11,694 nt of DNA from Candidatus Heimdallarchaeota archaeon. Lineage in GTDB: Archaea > Asgardarchaeota > Heimdallarchaeia > JABLTI01. Both the position numbers and the translations under genes were made by a program. Positions within the stretch are counted from its first letter, which is position 1. Each line of letters opens with the position of its first letter. Below, piece by piece: positions 1 to 8,036 of the stretch. Below the pieces are notes generated by a model. The model was not told the origin of the DNA and ran no database searches. It worked only from the letters and a program-made list of their open reading frames with translations. The stretch covers positions 1-11,694 of the forward strand of contig DXJV01000094.1 in NCBI GenBank assembly GCA_019056785.1, read 5' to 3'.

Positions 1-104
1 CCATAGATTTCCGCGTTTTGAATCATCGCCGGATGGTTGCCTGGGATGTAAAGGCGTGTCCGTCGCAATCGATCATCCTTGTCTTTAAATGGTTCTTTCT
101 TCAT
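1..104 (-). CDS. citE: Citrate lyase beta subunit / citryl-CoA lyase (HpcH/HpaI aldolase-citrate lyase family), 5' part only; runs off the window
   Basis: Manual minus-strand translation from ATG at 104 gives MKKEPFKDKDDRLRRTRLYIPGNHPAMIQNAEIYG, which resembles the CitE N-terminal RRxxL(F/Y)xPGN motif. The ATG overlaps the citD stop (ATGA) and is preceded by GGAGTGG. Not in the ORF track because it is truncated. Confidence 0.85.
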   Translation of the reverse strand, partial: MKKEPFKDKDDRLRRTRLYIPGNHPAMIQNAEIY

Positions 105-385
105 TCTTCATCCACTCCAAAGGCGCGCTTAATCGCTGCTTCTGTTCGTGCTTGGATACAATAGGTCAGGGCTCCTTTATCAACAGCAGAAATGATGATG
201 TCTGAGACTCCGAATTTTTTAACAACTTCCATGATCTCAGCAATGATTCTATCACCAAATTGCTTCTTTGCTGATGATTCCAGATTGATCTTTACACCTG
301 ACTGTTCTTTTCCTTTTGTAATAGTGACCAAGATATCACACGATTCTAAGGAACCTGCCTGTGCTGTTCGAACAAATTTCACCAT
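101..385 (-). CDS. citD: Citrate lyase acyl carrier protein (gamma subunit)
   Basis: 94 aa. AGSLESCD matches the CitD AG(T/S)LESxD motif; Ser15 corresponds to the prosthetic-group serine. It also has KQFG and DKGALxxxIxAR, and is translationally coupled to citE. Confidence 0.93.
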   Translation of the reverse strand: MVKFVRTAQAGSLESCDILVTITKGKEQSGVKINLESSAKKQFGDRIIAEIMEVVKKFGVSDIIISAVDKGALTYCIQARTEAAIKRAFGVDEE

Positions 386-562
386 TGTTTTCTCCTATCA
401 GCCAATCTGTTATTGAGGAACTAATTAAAATAATCTCCTTTTAATTTTTCCACAGAGTCTTATCCAAATAAAGGCTAATTAGAGGTATTTTTGCAATTAA
501 AGAATGATTTTAAAGTAAAAATATCTTTTTGCTACTAAAAGTCAAAGCTGTGGTTATTTAAA

Positions 563-1015
563 ATGGTTGTAAATTTCCCCATGAAGTATTTTTTAATCTT
601 TGCAAATTCACCGGAGGATAAGAATTATAAAAATAATCTCAACGCTGGTTTGCGCTTAGCATTGACCCTTTTAATGGACGAGTATGAGGTTTATTTGTTA
701 CTGATAGAAGAAGCAATCTATCTCGCTCGCTCCAAAGAAAATCTCTCTAAACAAGAGACTTTGGACAAATACAGTAGCACAAAGACTGCCAAAGAATCAG
801 ATGAAACAGAAGAAAGTATTGTTGAGGATGTCAGTTTTAGTCCCTATGAGTTATTGGATGGTATTGTCTCCTTCGGAGGACATATTCTGGTTTGTAAAAG
901 TTCCCTGACACTCACCGGTTTAAAAGAGGAAGATCTCATCCCCTCCATTGAATTAGTGCATTTACAAAATGCCGTTAATATAATGGTCGAATGTAATCAA
1001 GTCTTAGTTTTTTAG
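563..1015 (+). CDS. DsrE/DsrF-like (sulfur relay fold) protein
   Basis: Pattern GLRLALTL...VYLLLIEEAIYLA...GGHILVCKSSL...G...EDLI...CNQVLVF is typical of the DsrE family. The start may be ATG 581 (MKYFLIF). Ends with TAG at 1013-1015. Confidence 0.75.
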   Translation: MVVNFPMKYFLIFANSPEDKNYKNNLNAGLRLALTLLMDEYEVYLLLIEEAIYLARSKENLSKQETLDKYSSTKTAKESDETEESIVEDVSFSPYELLDGIVSFGGHILVCKSSLTLTGLKEEDLIPSIELVHLQNAVNIMVECNQVLVF

Positions 1016-1035
1016 GAGAGACTTTTCTTTCTTAT

Positions 1036-1845
1036 TTAGTGATAGAGTCTTTCCTCAATTTGTTTGGCTTTAACATGCAAGCCTAATTTTTTATATAATT
1101 TTGCTAAAATATCCCAAGATACTTCCCAGTTTTTAGGGTTGTTGTTTAAAATGCGTTCGAAAATTTCCAATGATTCTTTATATTTTTCTTGCAAGAAAAG
1201 AATGGAAGCATAGGTATCAAGATAGATGTTGTTTTTATCGTCGTATTGTAATGCTTTCTGAATTAATGTTAAAGCTTCCTCTAATTCGCCCATTTCTGAT
1301 AAGAGAAAAGACAAATGATTCATAATAGAATGGTTGTTTGGATCTAATTCTAAGGCTTTTCGCAGGGGGTTAATGGCTTTCATAGGTTCATCCAGATAAT
1401 AGTAACACAGGCCTATGCCTTCAAAGCAGAAGGGGTCTTTATTATTAAAGTTAATTGCTTCTTGAAAACAATGGAGTGCTTTTTGAATATCGCCTAACTT
1501 GTAGGCTGTTTCACCTTTTTCTCGCCAGATCCGAAAATTATTACTGTTTATTTTTGATGCCTTATCAATATACATAAGTCTTCGTTCGGAATTGTTAACT
1601 AATTTAAAAACTAAGCTTAAAGCTAGATAGCCTTCGAATGTGCTATTATGATTGTTAACTGTTTTTTCGCAAATAGATATTTCATTAATATATTCCCATT
1701 CATTAAAACAGACAGAGCTTTGTTTCACCAGTGATTCTACTTCACCGGTTGCTTGAAAAAAACTATCAATTAATTTAATGGCTTTTTTATACTTTCCTTG
1801 TTGAATCGATTCTAAAGCAGTGCGAAAAATTTCATCTCCTGTCAT
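1036..1845 (-). CDS. Tetratricopeptide repeat protein
   Basis: Consecutive 34-aa TPR units, e.g. WREKGETAYKLGDIQKALHCFQEAINFN, FEGIGLCYYYLDEPMKAINPLRKALELDP, MNHLSFLLSEMGELEEALTLIQKALQYD. Confidence 0.9.
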   Translation of the reverse strand: MTGDEIFRTALESIQQGKYKKAIKLIDSFFQATGEVESLVKQSSVCFNEWEYINEISICEKTVNNHNSTFEGYLALSLVFKLVNNSERRLMYIDKASKINSNNFRIWREKGETAYKLGDIQKALHCFQEAINFNNKDPFCFEGIGLCYYYLDEPMKAINPLRKALELDPNNHSIMNHLSFLLSEMGELEEALTLIQKALQYDDKNNIYLDTYASILFLQEKYKESLEIFERILNNNPKNWEVSWDILAKLYKKLGLHVKAKQIEERLYH

Positions 1846-2066
1846 TTGAAATATCGACCATTATTAGTTATTGATTCACAAGGAATTTTCAGTTTTGCTT
1901 AAAATCAGATTTCTTTTTTAATTTATTAAGCTACAGATAAAATTGAAATAGGAGAAAAATTAGCACAAAAGATACAAAATAATAAATGTGGGTAGCCCCT
2001 ACTCATATTTAACCATTTCAAATAAATACTTAAAAACAAAATTACTAACACAATAATAGAAAGTAA

Positions 2067-2080
2067 GAAAAGTTTATGAA
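2067..2080 (+). promoter_or_regulatory. Putative archaeal BRE (GAAAAG) + TATA (TTTATGAA) promoter for the surface protein gene
   Basis: Purine-rich BRE-like hexamer directly before a TTTAT box, about 75 nt upstream of ATG 2156. An SD-like GGTGA lies at 2143-2147. The region is AT-rich, so a chance match is possible. Confidence 0.35.
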
Positions 2081-2155
2081 ATGTGAACTTTTCAAGCTTA
2101 ATAAACAAAGTAATTGTCCGCTCCAATTTGCAAGAAAAACTTGGTGAAAGTAAAA

Positions 2156-5100
2156 ATGAAGAAAAGTACTAATCACATTTTGATTACGAGTTTAATAGTT
2201 GTCATGCTAATTTCAATAGCACAAGTGGCGAATTCTTTAGGAGAAAAAACTGAAACAATCTCAAGTCAATTTGAAACGAAAAGTTCAGAGAAAAAGGCGA
2301 TCGCCTCAACAATTTTCGAGTCTTTTGCACACATCAATGCTATTTCTGAAGGCTTTTCAAAGATTGGTGAAATAGATGTCGATTAGGGAAACGCCTACAA
2401 AATTTATCGCTCAGGGACAATCCTTTTTGTGGCGGGAAAAAGTGGTGGCGTAACATTCCTTGATGTTTCCAACCCTAGCAACCCCAGAGTATTAGCCAAC
2501 TATTGGAGTGGAGGAGAAATTTACGATGTTATTTATTATCAAGGTTATTGTTATTTGGCATCACCACAAACCGGCTTGGAAGTCATTGATATCACTGATT
2601 GGGACAACATCAAAAGCCTGAACAAGACATATGATGGAGGACAAGCATATGACATGGACTTTGTCGGTTTGAATACTTTATATGTCGCAGACGGAACGGA
2701 CGGATTGGAAATTTATAATTTCAGAGATAGCAAAACTACTTTCACAAAAGTTGCAGCTGACACATTTGGTGTGAGCAAAGTTCTCAGTGTAAAAGTTGAC
2801 CCTCTCGAGAATATTGCCTTTTTAATGTGTGGAACTGATGGTATTGTTGCCTTAGACATTACTCGGCCCTTACAGCCAAACTTTTTAGCTCTTCTAAAGG
2901 ACGGTTCAGTGGATGCTCAACAAGCAGATTTAAGTGCCCATCTTTTATATGTCGCAGATGGTACAAATGGCTTGAGAGTTTATAATTACACAGATCGAAC
3001 AAACATTACACTTAGTGGCACATTCTCTATTGGTCCTGGGGAATATGCTAATTTCTTCCGCTGGGACATAAATAAGAAAGGCTTCCTTTCGACTGGTCCA
3101 AATGGTTACCTCTATCTCTTAAATATCACAAATGTCTCGAGTATTACTGAGCGTTGGAAACGAAGCTTTACTCCGGGCTTTCCAAATGATGTTGCAATCA
3201 ACCAAAAGATCATTTACTTTGCAAATGATTACGATTTAAAAATTCTTAATTTGAATAACATAACCAACCCACAAGAATATTCTCATGTAATTTTTGCTGG
3301 TGAACCAAGCTCTGTACACGTGTCTGGAAACATGGGTGTTTTGGCTGAAGGATTAACAGGAATTGATGTGATAAACCTATCGGATATCACTTCGCCACAA
3401 CTTCTCAGAAAATTTGAAAAAACAGGCGTAAACTTCTATGATGTCTTAATTAATGACTCTAACATCTATTGTGCAACAAGTGAGGGGCTTGAAGTTGTCT
3501 CAATTACCGACCCCCAAAACCCTGTTAACCTCTCGAGTCTCTCTCTCGGAGAAGCATATGCAATTGACTTGAAAGGCTCAGTTGGCTATTTAGTTAGCTC
3601 TTCAGGGCGCCTCCGAACGATTGACCTTTCTGATCCGGCTAATCCAACACAACTGGATAGTTTGGTTATTGGAGATACATGCTACGATCTTTCTATTGAA
3701 AGTAATTATGCATATGTGAGTTTTAAAAGCACGGGCGACCAAGGCTTTGCAGTAGTGGATATTTCAGATCCAAGTAATCTCCAATTGGATAATACTTACA
3801 CCGTTGCTGGTGGTGCTGACGGACTATATGCAAATGGCACACTTCTCGCAGTTGCAGCATTGGAAGCTGGGCTTAGATTGTATGATATCACCGACCCAAC
3901 TTCTGTAACCTTCCTAAATAATGCATTAACAAGCTATAATGTTTCCAAAGTCTATGTTGCAGGTGATGAAATATATGCAGCCGCCCAAGATGATGGATTG
4001 TATAGTATTAACGCTTCAAATGTTCTCTCACTTACATTGGCTGGGCATTTCAATGATGGCGGTGCTACAGTAAATGTCTTGGTAAATAATACCTTCATCT
4101 ATTTAGCTGATAGTGTTGATTCTTTTGAGATTATTGGCCAAGATAGTGATCTCGACCGATTGTCAGATTATCTTGAGACTACCTATTATGGCTCTGACCC
4201 GAACAGCATTGATACAGACCTTGATGGTTTATACGATGGTGACGAAGTGGATTACTGGACAGAGCGAAATGTTGACCCTCTAAACGATTTTGATAATGAT
4301 GGTTTTGTTAATCTACTTGATATAGACTCAGATAATGACAACATTAACGATGGTGATGAGATTAACATTTGGGGTTCAGACCCAATTAACCTGGATTCTG
4401 ATGGTGATGGTCTGCCAGATGAAGATGAAGTGTATGTCTACGGTACACAACCAGCACTAGAAGACACGGATGGCGACGACTTGACCGATTATGATGAGAT
4501 CAAAGGGTATTATGCTCCTACAAATCCTGCTGCAAACGCTACAGGCTATGTCTTGACAAATGCAACAAATCCCGACACCGATTATGACACTCCCTACGAT
4601 GGATGGGAAATTCAATATGGCTTTAATCCTCTTGTGCCTGATAGTCATTTTGACAATGATAGCGACCTTTTGAATGCCACGATGGAGTTTTTATATGGTT
4701 CTAACCCATTTGATGCGGATACAGATGATGATGGCCTTACCGATGGAGAAGAAGTGCTAAGCTATAATACAGATCCAACATTGGAAGACACAGATGGCGA
4801 TTTAATGGATGATTACTATGAAATCAATCAAGGCTTTGATCCATTGGATGATTCTGACAGTCAAGATGATGCTGACAACGATGGCTTGACAAATTATGAA
4901 GAATTCTTCTGGCATACGAATCCTCATTCAAATGACACAGACGGTGATGACATGTCGGATAAATGGGAAGTATATTACGGAACAAATCCATTGGTAAATG
5001 ATACCGGCTTGGATTATGATGGTGATGGTTTAACCAATTTACAAGAATATAAATTTGGGACAAATCCAACTGACCCAGATACGGATGATGATGGCTTCCT

Positions 5101-5263
5101 GGACTCGGAAGAAATTGCTGCAGGGACAGACCCCACAGATGGTGATGACCATCCTGAACGAACAACATCCACACCTCAACTTGGCATAGGCTTTCCAATT
5201 TTCGTCGCCTCGTTGATAATGGTGGGTACAACTTTAATAATCGTCCGAAAACGGAAACATTAA
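2156..5263 (+). CDS. Secreted, C-terminally anchored surface protein: signal peptide + about 14 LVIVD-type beta-propeller repeats + about 14 Asp-rich DxDxDG (TSP3-like) Ca-binding repeats + TM anchor; contains an in-frame TAG at 2384-2386 (codon 77)
   Basis: ORFs 2114..2386 and 2429..5263 are in the same frame. The intervening codons read GNAYKIYRSGTILFV with no further stop and form the start of an LVIVD repeat. The N-terminus MKKSTNHILITSLIVVMLISIAQVANS is signal-peptide-like and follows GGTGA. The C-terminus is GIGFPIFVASLIMVGTTLIIVRKRKH. Length is 1035 aa if the TAG is decoded; otherwise it is a recent pseudogene or a base-call error. Confidence 0.85.
2387..4140 (+). repeat. About 14 protein-level LVIVD repeats (about 42 aa each), likely two 7-bladed beta-propellers
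   Basis: Repeating G-x-A-x-x-(V/I)...(L/I)Y(V/L)A..xGL.(V/I)(I/V)D(I/V)(S/T)(D/N)P..P, e.g. GVTFLDVSNPSNP, GLEVVSITDPQNP, GFAVVDISDPSN, GLRLYDITDPTS. Counted by eye. Confidence 0.85.
4142..5150 (+). repeat. About 14 Asp-rich D-x-D-x-D-G-L-x-D/N-x-x-E...G(T/S)(D/N)P calcium-binding repeats (bacterial/archaeal TSP3-like)
   Basis: DSDLDRLSD, DTDLDGLYD, DSDGDGLPD, DTDDDGLTD, DADNDGLTN, DYDGDGLTN, DTDDDGFLD and others, usually followed by E...G(T/S)(N/D)P. Confidence 0.88.
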
Positions 5264-5265
5264 AT

Positions 5266-5317
5266 GAGAAGCAATTTACTGCTTTCTCCCTCCCTTCTTT
5301 TTCTCATAATTTTTTTA
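5266..5317 (+). terminator. Putative terminator after the surface protein gene (imperfect hairpin followed by pyrimidine/oligo-T tracts)
   Basis: GAGAAGCA...TGCTTTCTC imperfect stem, then CCTCCCTTCTTTTTCTC and TTTTTTT, directly after the TAA at 5263. Confidence 0.45.
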
Positions 5318-5351
5318 TGTCAATAGCGTACCAAGATAATTTAGATGGAAA

Positions 5352-6200
5352 ATGACTTCAAAAAATCAACCAAGAACGTTTCATGAGCTTTTCTCAGAAA
5401 AAAAGCCAATTATTGGCATGTTGCACCTCCCAGCTCTTCCAGGTTCTCCTAAACATCAATTGGCACTTGAGGTTATTATTGAACAAGCAAAGGCTGAATT
5501 AGATGCTTTGATAAAAGGAGGAGTTGATGCCATACTCGTTGAAAATTATCATGACGCCCCCTTTTTGCCTAATGCTGTTGAAGAATGGACAGTAGTGACT
5601 ATGACTATCATCGTACATGAAATTGTTAAATCCTCCTCGAAACCTGTTGGAGTCAATCTTTTAAGGAATGCTTGTATGCAATCATTATTAATTGCTGCTT
5701 TTTCCGGTGCAAAGTTTATTCGTTGCAATTTCTACACAGGAGTGTATGTTTCTGATCAGGGTCTTATTCAGGGTTGTGCACCAGAATTGAAACGTTTACA
5801 AGCGCGTTTAAAATCCTTCTTACCGCCGGCTATCCCCTTAATTTTTGCAGACGTTCATTGTAAGCATGCAAAACCTTTGGGTTCGCGGGGAATTGTCGAA
5901 GAAGTACGGGATGCCTTTGATAGAGGGTTAGCTGATGCTGTAATAATTAGTGGCACTCGAACAGGGGTAGCACCTACGATGGCTGTCCTCGAGGAGCTGA
6001 AAAAACATTCGCTCGGACCAATTCTCCTTGGTAGTGGGTTGACAGCTCAAAACGCAGAAGATTATTTCACTAGAGTAGATGGAGCAATTGTCGGCACGTT
6101 TTTTAAAAAAGACGGTAAAATTGCCAACCCCATCGACCGCCAAAGAGTGGAAGAACTTGTTAGAAAAATTAAGGGGAAGGAAAAACAGTCGATCAGTTAA
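5352..6200 (+). CDS. BtpA/SgcQ family TIM-barrel protein
   Basis: KPIIGMLHLPALPGSP, GGVDAILVENYHDAPF, PVGVNLLRN, AKFIRCN, FADVHCKHA, ADAVIISGTRTG, GSG, DGAIVGTFFKKDG are all characteristic of the family. Confidence 0.93.
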   Translation: MTSKNQPRTFHELFSEKKPIIGMLHLPALPGSPKHQLALEVIIEQAKAELDALIKGGVDAILVENYHDAPFLPNAVEEWTVVTMTIIVHEIVKSSSKPVGVNLLRNACMQSLLIAAFSGAKFIRCNFYTGVYVSDQGLIQGCAPELKRLQARLKSFLPPAIPLIFADVHCKHAKPLGSRGIVEEVRDAFDRGLADAVIISGTRTGVAPTMAVLEELKKHSLGPILLGSGLTAQNAEDYFTRVDGAIVGTFFKKDGKIANPIDRQRVEELVRKIKGKEKQSIS

Positions 6201-7183
6201 TGAGCTGTTTTCAGTGAGAGCGTTTTCTTTGGTTGCTTTAGTGCTATGCTCTCTTTTTGGATTTTTCCCATTAATTTATAATATTCATTTGCTTCTTTTT
6301 CTCGTCCCAAAGTCTCGAGAGAAAGGCAAAGCTCCCTGAGGGCATCAATATTGGCCGGTTCTAGAAATAAAATCTTCTCATAAATTCTCACTGCTTTTTC
6401 CTCCTTTCCCAATTCACTCAATAAATTACCGTATAAAAATAAATTATCCGTATTCTCCGGTTCTTTTTCAACTGCTTTCTGATAAGCTTCTCTCGCTTTA
6501 TCGATTTCATTTAATTCCTCATAGCAATAACCAAGATTAACGAAAACATCTGCTTGTTCATAGCCATGAGAAATGGCTTTTTGAAAATACTTGATTGCTT
6601 TCTTGTATTCTTCCAAAGAGTAATGCGAAATGCCTAAATTAAAATACACAATTGGGAGTGAACCGTTGATTTTCAGTGCTTGGTGAAGATAGGAAATAGC
6701 CAATTCATATTCACCATTGCTTGCATAGGCCCAGCCGATTTGTGATAAGTAATAATCCTCTTCTTCTTTAAGGGCGAGTGCTTTTTTGAAAACAGCAACA
6801 GCCTTGCCATATTCTTCAAATTGTCCATAAAGTCGCCCCAATTCATCATATGCCATGAGAAAAGAGGAGTCTAGAGTGATGAGTCTCTGTAGAGTTTCTA
6901 TTGCTTGTTGAAATTTCTCGATGGCGGAATATTGCGATGCTAATTTGAAAAAGTTCCAGCTCTCAGGTTCTAAAGCCACTAACTGTTCATAACAATCAAT
7001 CGCTTTTTCATGCTTTTTCAAAACAACATAACTAGAGGCAAGATAGTGCCAATAAGTAGTATTTTCAGGTTCGAATGCAAGTAACTCCAAAAATAGGCTG
7101 ATTGCTTTTGAATAATTCCGATTAAAAAAAGCACGGAAAGCTTCTTCCAGCTGGTTGTTATTGGTTTTTTTCTTGCTTTTCAA
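6197..7183 (-). CDS. Tetratricopeptide repeat protein (about 8-9 TPRs, no other domain evident)
   Basis: Tandem TPRs, e.g. YFNLGISHYSLEEYKKAIKYFQKAISHG and FVNLGYCYEELNEIDKAREAYQKAVEKEP. TTG start. The stop overlaps the convergent BtpA stop in a shared TTAA (6197-6200). Confidence 0.9.
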   Translation of the reverse strand: MKSKKKTNNNQLEEAFRAFFNRNYSKAISLFLELLAFEPENTTYWHYLASSYVVLKKHEKAIDCYEQLVALEPESWNFFKLASQYSAIEKFQQAIETLQRLITLDSSFLMAYDELGRLYGQFEEYGKAVAVFKKALALKEEEDYYLSQIGWAYASNGEYELAISYLHQALKINGSLPIVYFNLGISHYSLEEYKKAIKYFQKAISHGYEQADVFVNLGYCYEELNEIDKAREAYQKAVEKEPENTDNLFLYGNLLSELGKEEKAVRIYEKILFLEPANIDALRELCLSLETLGREKEANEYYKLMGKIQKESIALKQPKKTLSLKTAH

Positions 7184-7354
7184 CTATTATTTCTCCGAAA
7201 TATTAACACCCATATATTTTATATTTACCAGTATTTATTAATGATTCATTACTAACAAAAAATAAAACCAAGTAATTTACAAGAAAAATTAATCTGCTAT
7301 TAACAAATAGAAAATTGGACGCTGGTAATTTCCCCTCCAGAAGGAGCCTTAAAG

Positions 7355-7930
7355 ATGACGATTCTAAAGACCATTCAAACGGTTTTAAAAGACTATACAC
7401 CTCGTCTATTGCAAGATGATGGCTCAACCCAAGGAGCGGTAATTGTCCCTCTCTTCCAGCGAGAAGGGCAAATTTTTGTGCTTCTAACAAAACGAACAGA
7501 AAATCTGTCAATCCATAAAGGACAGATCTCATTCCCCGGGGGAAAGAAAGAACCAAACGATAAGACTATTTTTCACTGTGCTCTACGAGAAACGCTTGAA
7601 GAAATAGGCATCCCTCCGGAGAAAATTGCTCTTCTAGGGGCACTCGATCAGTTAAAAACCTTCGGCTCAAATGTTCTTCTCACACCTTTTGTTTGTGAAG
7701 TGGCGTTTCCCTTTGAATTAAAGCCAAACAGTGGAGAGGTAGAAGAAGTAATCGAAATTCCATTTAAGGAGCTGTTAAAAAACGAAAATTGGTCGCAAAA
7801 AACTATTCAAGTTGATAAAATTAAGGAGAAAATTATCTATTATTTCGATTATGAACATTGGACGGTATGGGGCGCAACAGCACAAATCTTGCATCAATTG
7901 GTGACGCTTGTTAGACCTGTATTGGACTAA
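7355..7930 (+). CDS. Nudix hydrolase, CoA pyrophosphatase (NudL/NUDT7-like) subfamily
   Basis: LLTKRTENLSIHKGQISFPGG (CoAse/UPF0035-type motif) followed by the Nudix box GKKEPNDKTIFHCALRETLEEIG, then NSGEVEEV and VWGATA. SD-like AAGGAG at 7341-7346. Confidence 0.9.
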   Translation: MTILKTIQTVLKDYTPRLLQDDGSTQGAVIVPLFQREGQIFVLLTKRTENLSIHKGQISFPGGKKEPNDKTIFHCALRETLEEIGIPPEKIALLGALDQLKTFGSNVLLTPFVCEVAFPFELKPNSGEVEEVIEIPFKELLKNENWSQKTIQVDKIKEKIIYYFDYEHWTVWGATAQILHQLVTLVRPVLD

Positions 7931-8036
7931 ACCAATATTCCCAAATCTACGAAATTGTTTTAAACTAACAGTCTATCGTAAATTCTATATATCTAGAAAA
8001 AGGTAATCTCTTGAGAAAACAAGGAAGGAACTGAAA

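Noticed and set aside
1989-2005. Small inverted repeat TGGGTAG-CCC-CTACTCA in the divergent intergenic region
   Set aside because: Could be an operator, but it is a single imperfect 7-bp copy with no second site or regulator in the window.
1926-2126. 66-aa hydrophobic minus-strand ORF
   Set aside because: Lies in an AT-rich divergent promoter region. Its hydrophobicity follows from T-rich codons, and it has a weak start and no motif.
2114-2386. Independent 90-aa protein, plus a separate 944-aa protein starting at GTG 2429
   Set aside because: The two ORFs share a frame and a continuous repeat pattern across the TAG, so they are treated as one gene starting at ATG 2156.
7335-7346. CTCC-AGAA-GGAG hairpin covering the Nudix SD site
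   Set aside because: A 4-bp stem is too weak to support a regulatory claim.
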